From Candidatus Hodarchaeota archaeon (GTDB taxonomy: Archaea; Asgardarchaeota; Heimdallarchaeia; Hodarchaeales; Hodarchaeaceae): a stretch of 64,000 nt of DNA. Of this stretch, positions 38,967 to 49,192 are shown piece by piece. The DNA is taken from the NCBI GenBank assembly GCA_048887065.1, contig JBHLKC010000001.1, positions 1,264-65,263 of the forward strand, in the 5' to 3' direction. The notes under the pieces are model-generated. The model saw only the letters and a program-made list of their open reading frames with translations. It did no database searches and was not told where the DNA came from. The translations under genes and the position numbers were made by a program. Every line of letters starts with the position of its first letter. Position 1 is the stretch's first letter.

Positions 38967-39935
38967 GTGTTGATAAAAAGATCAGGTGAAAGAAGTATGC
39001 CAATTCTCATGGATAATATTCTTGTTCTAGTTATTATGATCTTTTATGGATTGTTAAGCGGCGGATCCGCAATTATCCTTAAGATTGGCATAGTTCGAGC
39101 TGGAGGGATAAAAATCGATAACTTTCTACGTGATATTGGTCTTGCAGCCTGGAAACTGATCAAAACTCCTATTTGGATAATTGGTGCAATTGCTGCAATT
39201 ACAGGATTTATCATCTATACACTAGCTCTGAATATCTATGATGTTTCTGTAGTCAAGCCTTTGGTAAATACAAATTTGCTCTTTACTTTTGTTTTTGCAT
39301 ATATTATATTTAAGGAACATTTATCTCGTATTGAGTGGTTTGGTGTCAGTGTGCTAGTAACTGGACTTCTTCTCTCTGCTTTCTCAGGAGAAATAGAATC
39401 TTCGAATTTAATGAATACTCCACTTTTGCTTGTTTTTTTTCCATTAACCATTATTATGATGTTTATTATGGTTTTTATCATGTTTATTTCAAAAAAAGGA
39501 CATGCTGAATTCATATTTCCAATATTTGCAGGTTTTTTTTACGGAATGGGAACGTTCTTTACAAAAAGTGCCCTTATAAGTCTAAACATGCTCGGAAATG
39601 GAAATTTTTTACCAATAGGAATGTTATTATATTCTGTATTTATGTTTCTTTTAACTTATGGGTTTGCAATTATAGCTCAGCAATTAGCATTTGAGAGAGG
39701 ACGATTAAGCATAGTCTCCCCAATTACTAATTCTTTATCGGTGATTGTTTCTTTTATCGGTGCATATTTCGTATTCTATGAAGATCTTATCCTGCCAATA
39801 GAAGGTGAACTTGTCGTTCAGTCTTTTTTCAAAGTTTTTGGGTTAATCTGCATTCTTATTGCACTTTTTATTTTACGCAGGGAGATTACAATACCAATTA
39901 GTGATAAAAGCGAAGCTGCCTCATTAATTAGTTAA
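38967..39935 (+). CDS. polytopic membrane protein (possible DMT-like)
   Basis: 322 aa with about 9-10 TM helices. No specific signature recognised. Confidence 0.4.
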   Translation: MLIKRSGERSMPILMDNILVLVIMIFYGLLSGGSAIILKIGIVRAGGIKIDNFLRDIGLAAWKLIKTPIWIIGAIAAITGFIIYTLALNIYDVSVVKPLVNTNLLFTFVFAYIIFKEHLSRIEWFGVSVLVTGLLLSAFSGEIESSNLMNTPLLLVFFPLTIIMMFIMVFIMFISKKGHAEFIFPIFAGFFYGMGTFFTKSALISLNMLGNGNFLPIGMLLYSVFMFLLTYGFAIIAQQLAFERGRLSIVSPITNSLSVIVSFIGAYFVFYEDLILPIEGELVVQSFFKVFGLICILIALFILRREITIPISDKSEAASLIS

Positions 39936-40885
39936 TTCGTAATTCTGAATGCATCTTTTTTCGCTTGAATTATCTGGATTGATAGTACACTAACCAAAAG
40001 GAGAATTAATCCGATCCATTCCTTTAACTCTGGAAATTCCCCCAAGAAGAAAATTGATAGAATTACAATTTGAGGCATCATTGTACTATTAATAAGGGTT
40101 ATATCCATCGCTCTTAATTTTCTCATGGCATTATTCCATAATGTAAATGCTAAAGCTGTATTTACAACCCCTAGCCAGATAATATAGACTATAGAAAGCA
40201 ACGATAAAGAAAGAACGATTTTAATTCCATCATTTGCTAATCCTAAAGCTAATAACACCAATGAACCAATTGTCATGCTTATACCTGTGATTATTACTGG
40301 AGAAATTTCGTGTGTTCGATTAATTGCGCGACCTAAGATTGATGAAAAAGCATTCGTTAGAACTCCAATACTGATTACAATTAATCCAATTATTGAGGTT
40401 GTCGTAAAATCTAAAGGAAAGAAATAGAATATTAAGCTTAGAAGCACAATTAAAAAGAAAAATAGCTCATTATAGGATGGATATTCCTTTAAAATACCGA
40501 TGGATAATATAATTACAAGAAATGTGGTAAGATTGAGGACAAAAGAAACAGTTATTGCGGGAAGGAGGTTTAGAGCTAAAAATTGTATTCCTTGAGTTAA
40601 TGTGATAAATAATAAGCCATAGATCGAGACTTGTAACCATGTAAATCTTGATTGTGATAGAAGTGAATTTCTGTATTCTTTTTTAGAAATAATGTATGTA
40701 CTGAGAATAATCGCTCCTAATATATATCTTAATCCCGCGAAGATTAATGGAGGGACTTCTTCAAGGCCGAATTTTATGATTACCCACGAAGAAGACCAAA
40801 GAACTGTTACAAAAACTGCTTGAGTAAATGCCATTAAATACTCTTTGGAGAACCCTCTTGAGGGAATTTGAGTATTTTTCATCAC
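39932..40885 (-). CDS. EamA/DMT-superfamily transporter
   Basis: 317 aa with 10 TM helices arranged as a two-fold EamA-like repeat. Confidence 0.65.
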   Translation of the reverse strand: MMKNTQIPSRGFSKEYLMAFTQAVFVTVLWSSSWVIIKFGLEEVPPLIFAGLRYILGAIILSTYIISKKEYRNSLLSQSRFTWLQVSIYGLLFITLTQGIQFLALNLLPAITVSFVLNLTTFLVIILSIGILKEYPSYNELFFFLIVLLSLIFYFFPLDFTTTSIIGLIVISIGVLTNAFSSILGRAINRTHEISPVIITGISMTIGSLVLLALGLANDGIKIVLSLSLLSIVYIIWLGVVNTALAFTLWNNAMRKLRAMDITLINSTMMPQIVILSIFFLGEFPELKEWIGLILLLVSVLSIQIIQAKKDAFRITN

Positions 40886-40988
40886 AGTCTCCTCGAAAAA
40901 ATTTCTGAATTTAGCAAATTTTTAACCATGTAACCAATCGTTTAATAATGTGAAAGCTTTTTGCCGTCCTATGATGGTTGTATATTAA

Positions 40989-41639
40989 ATGATTAGAACA
41001 AACCTCCAAATAAGTTCCAAAGATTATTACTCTTGTGAACTTACAAAAAAAATCCCAGTAAGAGTAACTATTGTTACTATTCAGCTTCCAGAGGGTTATG
41101 GGTATGTGGAACCTCTTGAAGGAGGAGAACATACTATTCACACCTATGTGAACGCTCTTACAGCCTCAAAAAGTGTATTAGAATTTGAAATTACATATAA
41201 GTCTCAAGAAGTCTACTGGACACGAATTGTGCACAAACTTGACTTCCCCTCGATATATGAAACCGTGCTAGAAAGTGGAAATATGTCTCTCTTACCAATT
41301 ACGATAATGAAAGGTGTTCAATTTCATACTGTGCTCTCTCCCTCACGTGAATCTCTTAGAAACCTTCTAACAACCTTAAAGACAAGGTTTACAACTGTTA
41401 AAATACTTTCTTTGCACTCAGAACCGTTGAAATCAAAAACGACACTGCTTACACAAAAACAATTTGAAGCGTTTTCATTAGCTTTTAATCAAGGATATTA
41501 TAAAATACCCAGACATGTAGGAATTGAAGATCTTGCAAAAAAACTTGGTGTAAAACGAGTAGCAGTTCAAGAAAGGCTCAGAAGAGCCGAATTACGCATT
41601 TTTACAGATTTTGTTAGGGGTATTGAAATTATAAAATGA
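40989..41639 (+). CDS. HTH_10 (bacterio-opsin-activator-type) DNA-binding protein
   Basis: C-terminal LTQKQFEAFSLAFNQGYYKIPRHVGIEDLAKKLGVKRVAVQERLRRAE is typical of Bat-like HTH_10 domains. Confidence 0.6.
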   Translation: MIRTNLQISSKDYYSCELTKKIPVRVTIVTIQLPEGYGYVEPLEGGEHTIHTYVNALTASKSVLEFEITYKSQEVYWTRIVHKLDFPSIYETVLESGNMSLLPITIMKGVQFHTVLSPSRESLRNLLTTLKTRFTTVKILSLHSEPLKSKTTLLTQKQFEAFSLAFNQGYYKIPRHVGIEDLAKKLGVKRVAVQERLRRAELRIFTDFVRGIEIIK

Positions 41640-41678
41640 TCTTTTAATTTGTATTTTCCCTTTTCCCTTTTACAAATC

Positions 41679-42362
41679 TTATGCCATTTCTACCTTTTTT
41701 ATCCGAAAACGGCAATAACTATCGCCATTTCCAATGCATTTTTCCTTAAAAACCGACTGCCCTATTAATTCATGCATCATTGTCTCATCAACCTTGCAAA
41801 TCATAGGATTCACTTTTGCTACTCCGTGCATTAGACAGTTATAGTTTGTTAATGCGTATGATGTCTCATCTTCATCTAGCTTAGGAAAAGTACCATGTTC
41901 TTCGAAAATTCCAACCAGCTTATTCAATTTAAATTCTAAAGAATCGACTTTGTCTGATAATTGCCTTTTCATTTGATCACTTATATTTAAGGCTAATTTT
42001 TTACCAATATTTGAGAAAAGCATCTGTAGTTTATCTTCTCCATACATAACCTTTATTTCATCAAGTACGGTTATACAAAATTCCATGTAAGTTTTAGGAA
42101 AAAGCTCTATCCCCTTTTCGGAAATTGAATAAACCATAGCAGGTCGTCCAGTCTTCCCTTTCTTCTCTTTCTTAAAAACAAAGCCTTCTTTTTCTAAGGT
42201 TACAAGGTAGTTCCATACAACATTAGTACTAAGATCTAATGAACTAGCAATGGCTTTCACAGTAAAATATGTGTTCTCATCGGATGTTGAACCTTGGTGC
42301 ATCAAAAAGCGTAGGATCCTTTCACGGGCTGGAAAAGATAAGTTTCTAAAATTATTTACCAA
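41679..42362 (-). CDS. winged-helix regulator with C-terminal V4R-like Cys domain (MsvR-like redox-sensing regulator)
   Basis: N-terminal wHTH (RERILRFLMHQG...). C-terminal NYNCLMHGV..NPMICKVDE...EKCIGNGDSYCRFRI resembles the V4R consensus C...G...CxF. Paralog of 47484-48173. Confidence 0.5.
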   Translation of the reverse strand: MVNNFRNLSFPARERILRFLMHQGSTSDENTYFTVKAIASSLDLSTNVVWNYLVTLEKEGFVFKKEKKGKTGRPAMVYSISEKGIELFPKTYMEFCITVLDEIKVMYGEDKLQMLFSNIGKKLALNISDQMKRQLSDKVDSLEFKLNKLVGIFEEHGTFPKLDEDETSYALTNYNCLMHGVAKVNPMICKVDETMMHELIGQSVFKEKCIGNGDSYCRFRIKKVEMA

Positions 42363-42664
42363 AATATTTTCTCCTAAACAATCGAAAGAAGGTTAATGAA
42401 TTAAATTAATAAAATTATTTGTAAACTTAATTTTCTCGATAGAAAATCTATGAATGGACATTGATTCATCTGATGAATCCTAAATTTTTTTTCAACCTAA
42501 TCAATTAAATGTGAGAAAAGCGAAATAAATGGAAGAAATTAAAGCAAGCAGTACAAAATATTGTTCATAGTCAAATTATACTAGAAGCAGCATTTCAAAA
42601 ACTTTTAATTAAAAGTTGGTTTATGAAATAAGGAGTAACTAGATAATATAAAGGCAATAGAGGT

Positions 42665-43558
42665 TTGAAAATGATTAGGACTCTTAATCAACCAATTGAG
42701 AGCATGTTAACTGAGTTCTGGGGGACGTCTGATGAAACAATTATTCATATATTAGTTGTATCAATCCTTATTATATTCTTTTGGTTCTTGTGGGGATTTA
42801 TTTTACGTCGTTTAAAAGATAAAATCTCACCTGAACTGTTTAACGCATTACGGACGCTTGGAAGAGCTACTATACTACTACTAGGACTATTCTGGATAGT
42901 AGGTGAGGAGCTATTCATTGGGGCAGCAGCTCTGCTAGGGACAGCTATTGGTTTTGCATCATCAACAACATTAGGGAATTTCATTAGTGGGCTCTACCTC
43001 CTTGTTACAAATCCATTTAATGTAGGAGACTATATTATGATCCCTAGTTTAAAGATTGAAGGGATTGTGGAAGAAGTATCGATCAATTATACAAAGATCC
43101 TAACACCAAATGGTATTCATGTGAGTATATCAAATCAAAAGTTATTAGGTGCAGCTATCCACAATACTAAAATTTGTGTGCCTCAGGAAGTCATAGATAA
43201 GGGAAAAATAACTTGGAGAGACCATGAGGGAGATAAATTCGATAGTTATGAAGATATAGTAGACATCTTGAAAGGAATTCGAGCAAAATATTCCTTGGAA
43301 ATAAAAGAGTATTACCTCTACCCGTTAGTATTTAGTCTCAGTTCTGACAAATATTCCCATGCATTGACGAAACAGGTTTTCAATGAAGCTATTAAGAAAT
43401 TCAGCGACCAAACCGAGGAAGAAATCTCTTGGCTTCTGATTGATCGTTCTAACTATCAAATCAATTTGATCGTTTCAAATCCCTACGTACTTTTTGACCT
43501 AAAAAGCAATGTCCTGGGATTTTTGGAAGAGAAAATCGAAGAGATACATAAAAAATGA
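42665..43558 (+). CDS. MscS-family mechanosensitive channel
   Basis: 3 TM helices, then the MscS pore/beta-domain signature GNFISGLYLLVTNPFNVGDYI. Confidence 0.8.
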   Translation: MKMIRTLNQPIESMLTEFWGTSDETIIHILVVSILIIFFWFLWGFILRRLKDKISPELFNALRTLGRATILLLGLFWIVGEELFIGAAALLGTAIGFASSTTLGNFISGLYLLVTNPFNVGDYIMIPSLKIEGIVEEVSINYTKILTPNGIHVSISNQKLLGAAIHNTKICVPQEVIDKGKITWRDHEGDKFDSYEDIVDILKGIRAKYSLEIKEYYLYPLVFSLSSDKYSHALTKQVFNEAIKKFSDQTEEEISWLLIDRSNYQINLIVSNPYVLFDLKSNVLGFLEEKIEEIHKK

Positions 43559-43624
43559 AGCTCTAAATGGTTTTCAATAACCAAGTCCCGTAAAACTAAT
43601 TCTTAAAGGAAAAGAGGAATCCAA

Positions 43625-44395
43625 TTGATTGTACCAGAAATTGTCGTGATATTCTATGGAGTAGTAGCAGGTGTTGGTACACTTTCAGGTATCTACATAA
43701 TGAACTCAAAGCAAGAATGGGCAATAAAACATTCTCACTATGTTAATTCATTTGCTGCTGGATTATTATTAGCATTAGTTTTTTTTCATCTTATTCCAGA
43801 AGCAGTAGAATTATTAGAAGTAATAGAAAGCTCAGAGCTAGCTTTTATTGCGGTTTTCATCGGATTCTTCTTCTTCTATCTATTGGAGAACTTTATTGTA
43901 CTACATTCAGGGAGTGAAATCCATTACCACTTAGAAGAATCCCCTGAACCCCATGTACATACCTCTGAAACAAGAATGGGGTTAATGGCGTTCTCTGGGT
44001 TAGCATTCCATTCTTTGCTAGATGGCGTCATAATTGGAGTAGGATTTGAAATTAGCTCTGAAATTGGTTTCCTTGCTGCTATGGCTGTAATTCTGCACGA
44101 AATCCCAGAAGGAGTAACAAGCTTTGCCCTCATTAATCGTACTATTCCCGAAAGAGCAAAGTTAATGGCTATTATTGTAGCTCTTGCCACTCCTTTTGGT
44201 GCGATGTTTTCTTTGCTGTTTGTTGAAGGCTTAACTGAATCGGTAATTGGAATTCTTTTAGCTTTAGCTGCAGGTTCATTTATTTATGTAGCAGCTTCAG
44301 ATCTAATACCTGAAACTCATTTAAGTAGTAATTTTCAAAATTTATTTTTCTTTTTACTCGGAGCAATCGTGATTTATGCAATTTCATTAATCTAG
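43625..44395 (+). CDS. ZIP-family divalent metal transporter
   Basis: HSLLDGVIIGVGF and LHEIPEGVTSFAL signature helices, His-rich loop HYHLEESPEPHVH. 256 aa. Confidence 0.8.
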   Translation: MIVPEIVVIFYGVVAGVGTLSGIYIMNSKQEWAIKHSHYVNSFAAGLLLALVFFHLIPEAVELLEVIESSELAFIAVFIGFFFFYLLENFIVLHSGSEIHYHLEESPEPHVHTSETRMGLMAFSGLAFHSLLDGVIIGVGFEISSEIGFLAAMAVILHEIPEGVTSFALINRTIPERAKLMAIIVALATPFGAMFSLLFVEGLTESVIGILLALAAGSFIYVAASDLIPETHLSSNFQNLFFFLLGAIVIYAISLI

Positions 44396-44465
44396 AATAA
44401 CCAATAGTTTTCCAATCTATGTTTGAGATTTGATGGGGGAAAATAAGAAATTTAAAGCTTTTTCT

Positions 44466-45161
44466 CTATAATTTAAGACTCAGTATATACTCAGTAGGAT
44501 TTTCAAACTGTTTTTGAATTTTAAAGCCAGGAATAGAGAGTAAATAAAATAGACAAGATCCAAGGTAATAAAATGAAACGAGGGTTACTAATGACGCTAT
44601 ATAGAGAAACAAAAAAGAAAATTCAACCGAAGGATAAGTTGAATGCCCCATCCGAATTAGAATTATGCAGATCCCATAACCATCGTTTACAGATCCCAAC
44701 ATGGCTGGTAATATGGGAAATAAGTTTATTAAATTAATTAAAAGGCCAAAAATTAGAAATTTTTTACCTGCAACAGAGGCTGGACTTTTTTTGTTACGAA
44801 GTACTATTATTCCCGCAATAGTGATTGTAAATACCATAAGAGAACCTGCTAGCTTCATTATTATTGATCCCCAGCAAACAGGTAATTCTTCAATGGTGAT
44901 CATGTTCGAACAGCCTCCTTCATATAAATGACAGATTTTAAACTGAGAATCAACTGTTGGTAGAATAATCGATGATGCAAGTAGGTGTCCTAATTCATGA
45001 AGACAATTGAACGGCAAATAAACGATATTATAAAGGCCTTGAACAATAGGGGATTGTTGAAGTAGATATAGAAAAAAGATTGAAAATAAAATTGAAAAGT
45101 AAAATTTAGCGTTTTGATTAATAACGGAAGGTGTGTCCTCGTTCATAGGTTTTTTTACCAT
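44466..45161 (-). CDS. membrane protein with intramembrane HExxH motif (putative membrane metalloprotease-like)
   Basis: 231 aa with about 5 TM helices. Motif CLHELGHLLAS. Family not resolved. Confidence 0.3.
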   Translation of the reverse strand: MVKKPMNEDTPSVINQNAKFYFSILFSIFFLYLLQQSPIVQGLYNIVYLPFNCLHELGHLLASSIILPTVDSQFKICHLYEGGCSNMITIEELPVCWGSIIMKLAGSLMVFTITIAGIIVLRNKKSPASVAGKKFLIFGLLINLINLFPILPAMLGSVNDGYGICIILIRMGHSTYPSVEFSFLFLYIASLVTLVSFYYLGSCLFYLLSIPGFKIQKQFENPTEYILSLKL

Positions 45162-45349
45162 GTAATATAAGGACGTATGGTTATTAAAACCTTTTTAGAA
45201 TTTTTTATTGATTTTAAAAAGTTTTAATTCATTTTACAATTTAAAATGTAAAAAAATTTTAAGCTTTTAGTAGAAAAAATGGAAGGAGATAGCAATTTCA
45301 ATTCTTACTGTCTAATTTTATTGAGAGAGTAAGTGAATATTGCTAGTGG

Positions 45350-46063
45350 TCACTGAATTGGAATCTTTTCTTTACCAGTTACCATTCCTCTAAGTCGTTG
45401 ACGATTTTCAGGGATTATAGCAAAATAAAAATGCACCATCGTAGAGACAAGGAAATATACAAACATAAGGAAGTGAAGGAAACGAATGTTAAGATTCAAT
45501 GCTTGCACCGGTGCAACAAGTAATGCCAATACAGCAAGTATCCCTGTAGATCCAGGTGCTAATTGCTCTGCAAGAGCAATTCCTGTTACACCCATTAGAA
45601 ATATTACAACTAGGTTCATTAAAGCTAGTAGTTTTTGAGCAGGATGATATTTCATAATATATTTCTTTTCTTCGAGGATATAGAAGTCATAATGGGGATA
45701 CTTTGAATCAGGTAAAATTCTAAACGCACATAATGCAATGATAATCAAGTCTAGAATCTCTCTTGGTGTAGGAATAATCTCAAGGAGTTTTCTGTCTTTT
45801 ATTAAGATCGCAATATAAAAAATTAAATCCCAACCACCTACAAAAATTCCAAGAATATAATGGAGAGTACGAGTGAACCCATATGTAGTTCCAAAGAAAT
45901 AGACTTTAATAGCGATTTCAAAACCTGTTAATATAAATAGAACCATAGATCCAACGTGAACCCAATGATGAAGTCGGTGGCTCTTTGTATATCTTTCTAC
46001 AGAAAGAAACTCGAAAGTTTTTGATTCGTCTGCTTTTGAGAGTACTTTTTTTGTTTTAAGCAT
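45350..46063 (-). CDS. membrane di-heme b-type cytochrome (Ni/Fe-hydrogenase/formate-dehydrogenase cytochrome b subunit-like)
   Basis: 237 aa with 4-5 TM helices. Conserved R..HRLHHWVHV on TM1 and further His on later helices, as in the HyaC/FdnI family. Confidence 0.5.
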   Translation of the reverse strand: MLKTKKVLSKADESKTFEFLSVERYTKSHRLHHWVHVGSMVLFILTGFEIAIKVYFFGTTYGFTRTLHYILGIFVGGWDLIFYIAILIKDRKLLEIIPTPREILDLIIIALCAFRILPDSKYPHYDFYILEEKKYIMKYHPAQKLLALMNLVVIFLMGVTGIALAEQLAPGSTGILAVLALLVAPVQALNLNIRFLHFLMFVYFLVSTMVHFYFAIIPENRQRLRGMVTGKEKIPIQ

Positions 46064-46099
46064 AATTGATCATCTACATAAGTAAAATTTGTCTAAAAA

Positions 46100-47011
46100 T
46101 TATTCTTCAGAAGAAAATGTTTCATTCCAACGCTCTCTAAATGTTGGGCTCTTCCAACGATTACTAGTGCTTAATTTTGTTGGTATATCGCTAGAAATTA
46201 GTCGGTAATCGTGTTTTATTGGATTTATGATTACTCTACGAATGAAGTGCAGAACAATAAACCCAAAACCACTTAACATTGTTAAGCTAAGCACTTGGAG
46301 CTTAAGTTGATCATAATTGATTACTGTTGGGACAGGAATATTTCCAGGGGCAATCCCAGCTTGAGGAGTGGAAAATGATGTAAGTATATAGTAAAAAGTA
46401 TGTGAACCAAAATGATCACTTTTTGAAGCAAATTGAATCATTGTTATGCTTCCATTCTGATACACAATATCATAACCATTAGAATCAACACTTGTTGTAT
46501 CTAATAATCTCACAACTTCAATCTCTACAAGATCGCCTGTGAAAATACCTTCAGCTAAAAGATCATTATTAGTGTCTTCACTAGGCATCCGCGTTCCAAT
46601 AAAGAATACATCCTTCGCTTCTACAGTTTTAGCATTCTCATCAATATAAATAGCCCAACCGTCATGCTGGTTCATCATACATGCAGAGGTATCTGCGTCA
46701 AACTCGATTGATATCCATTCATTGCTTGCTGAGCTAACAAGTAAAGCATACAGATGAGTTTCGTTATTAGCAAATTTAACGTAACCCTTAGGACCGTATT
46801 CTGATATATTCTGATAAGATTCAATAGATGACCAAAATGGATCAATTTGACCATCATTCAGGTTCAATGTGGTGTTTGTTTTACTGGATACGAATCCTGG
46901 AGTTTCATCTGCAACCTTGCTCGGATAACCTAATGTTGATCCTACAAAGAAGCCTGCTCCAATAAAAAAGGCTATCATCAACAAAGATAGGATTATTTTT
47001 CTCATTCCCAT
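46100..47011 (-). CDS. extracytoplasmic DOMON/EB_dh-like (putative heme-binding) domain protein with N- and C-terminal TM anchors
   Basis: 303 aa with signal-anchor and C-terminal TM. Central domain (DPFWSSIESY...THLYALLVSSASNEWISIEFDAD) resembles ethylbenzene-dehydrogenase-gamma/DOMON-type domains. Has N-glycosylation sequons. Lies 36 nt upstream of the cyt b gene on the same strand. Confidence 0.35.
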   Translation of the reverse strand: MGMRKIILSLLMIAFFIGAGFFVGSTLGYPSKVADETPGFVSSKTNTTLNLNDGQIDPFWSSIESYQNISEYGPKGYVKFANNETHLYALLVSSASNEWISIEFDADTSACMMNQHDGWAIYIDENAKTVEAKDVFFIGTRMPSEDTNNDLLAEGIFTGDLVEIEVVRLLDTTSVDSNGYDIVYQNGSITMIQFASKSDHFGSHTFYYILTSFSTPQAGIAPGNIPVPTVINYDQLKLQVLSLTMLSGFGFIVLHFIRRVIINPIKHDYRLISSDIPTKLSTSNRWKSPTFRERWNETFSSEE

Positions 47012-47483
47012 TTTAATTTCACTTCTACTATGTCCAACACAATATTCAGACTTAATACAGTAATTAATAGATTGTATTCTCCCTTGGGGATACCGTCTGA
47101 ATCGGAAAAATAATTTTGACCAATAGAGAACAATTACTCACAGTTTTTACGTGTTAGTTGCAGATATTCTAGCTGTTCCTTGGATTGTAATGTGGAGAAT
47201 AATAATTATTTTTCCGATTTTAAATTCTATAAAATAATATTTTAATTTTTCCATTTAAAAATTTGCAAACTGTATTTATTTTGTACTTAACTAGTGTAAG
47301 AAGTAAAAGAAAAACAGAAAAGAGGTTAAAATTTAATTATAGATTTTTTACAAAGACAGTAGGCATTGATTATATCGAAAATTTTGCAGCTCTTCCTCTA
47401 TAATAAGTGAAAAGAATTTGAAGCCTTTATCAGTGGTAATTTTGGGAAGGATATCTTACATTGAAGTCCTTTTTTAGGGGTTA

Positions 47484-48173
47484 TTAACTAGCTTTCACTT
47501 TTTGAATTCTATAGAGACAACATTCATCGCCGTCTCTAAGACATTTCTCTTTTGTACACTTTTGACCTGCTAATTCCGCTATCATTGTCTCGTCAACTTT
47601 ACAAACCAATGGATCATGTCTTACAACACCATAAACAAGACAGTTATAATTCAAGAGCGAGAATGATGTTTCGTCTTCTATTAATTCTGGAAACTTCCCA
47701 TAATCTTGGAAAACTTCAGCCACTTTTTCTAGCCTTTGTTTAACTGGTAGAGAATCGAAGGATTCTGTTCTATCCATATTAGATTCGATAATATCTTTTA
47801 TTTCTGAGGCGATTCTTTTCCCTACCATTTCGAGCATGGTAACTGTCTCTGCAATACCATGACGACTCTTAATTAAATCGACTAGATAGATAGATAAATC
47901 TCTATAAACCTTAGGAAAAAATTCAAAAGCATTGTCTGTAAGTGTGTAAGTCATAGCAGGCCGACCTGTTGAACCCTTCAGTTCTGTTCGTACCACAAGT
48001 CCATCTTTTTCAAGAACAACCATATATTGTCGGGCTGCATTTGTACTAAGGCCAAGTTCAGTTGCAATCTGTTTTATGGTACAACAATCACCATCTGGTG
48101 ATCGATTAAGCAACAAGTACCGTAAGATCTTTTCACGTGTCGTAATAAATGGTTCTTGTTCTGCTTGGATCAT
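47484..48173 (-). CDS. winged-helix regulator with C-terminal V4R-like Cys domain (MsvR-like), paralog of 41679-42362
   Basis: Shared blocks RPAMTYTLTD, EDETSFSLLNYNCLVYGVVRHDPLVCKVDETMIAELAGQ, EKCLRDGDECCLYRI. Confidence 0.5.
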   Translation of the reverse strand: MIQAEQEPFITTREKILRYLLLNRSPDGDCCTIKQIATELGLSTNAARQYMVVLEKDGLVVRTELKGSTGRPAMTYTLTDNAFEFFPKVYRDLSIYLVDLIKSRHGIAETVTMLEMVGKRIASEIKDIIESNMDRTESFDSLPVKQRLEKVAEVFQDYGKFPELIEDETSFSLLNYNCLVYGVVRHDPLVCKVDETMIAELAGQKCTKEKCLRDGDECCLYRIQKVKAS

Positions 48174-49192
48174 TTTTTTTCTCCTATCTTTATGAAAAGG
48201 GTTTTGTTTGTATAATCATAATGGGAACAGTGATTGATTTCAAAAAAAATGAGAGGCGCTATTGAAATATTGGTTAAACAATGTTTCCGCTCATAATTAT
48301 ATAATTTGATTTTAATGAGAGGAAATATCCAAGGCATGCGAATGAACTCGCGACTTTATTATTATGATTATCCGTGTAAATAAAGAATAAATACATATAT
48401 AATAATTTTCCTAAAAAAAAGCATAAAATCAAAAAAGTTGACAATGAATACATAATTTAACTACTTTCTGAATTTAACTAACTTTTATCTACTGAAAATA
48501 ATAAATATTGAGAAATAAGAAACCTAAACGTTTTTGCTCTTGTTTCTTTAAAACATTTGAAGAGGATTTTACTCGTTGAAATTCAATCCTTTTTGAAGGC
48601 CATATTCGATTTAAATAGTAGAAAATGATTTTCACTAGCGATAAAAGCGAATTATGTCTCAATCATGTCCGATCTTATTGCTAGCAGATTAACCACAAGA
48701 AAGTTATTATCTCTTGATGGAAAAATAATAATTAGAAAAGTAAATTTCAATTACATCCGAATTCATAGAGGCTTAATACTATAACAATTAACTATTGTAA
48801 ATTAGTTTAACTAGATTCGAAAAACGGATTATATATTATCTCTTTTTGTAAAATAAAGTTCGCATCCGTTTTTTAGGCTATTATTATCAAAATGGTTTTT
48901 ATTGGATTTTTTCCAGCTCTATAAGTCTCTTCTGTATTAATGCAGATTTTCTGAAGTTTTTATAATAGATACATTAAAAAAATAAAAAACTATAGTTATA
49001 TTTCATACATTTAATAATACCATAATGTTTTTTTATCTGAAATTATACCTATACTTGAGTATAGTTTCTAATACTATATTTATCGCAAAGTTTGCGAAAT
49101 TCGAAATAACATACGATATGTCGGTTAAAGTACCGATAGTTAACTTCTTACCAAGAAGTAGCGAAGAAAATCTCATATACGGCGGTATATTG

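Noticed and set aside
49025-49192. Upstream 56 codons of the track ORF 49025-50512 (MFFYLKLYLYL...)
   Set aside because: Low-complexity Y/L/F-rich translation of AT-rich DNA. The downstream ATG at 49193 directly precedes the signal peptide, so the shorter start is preferred.
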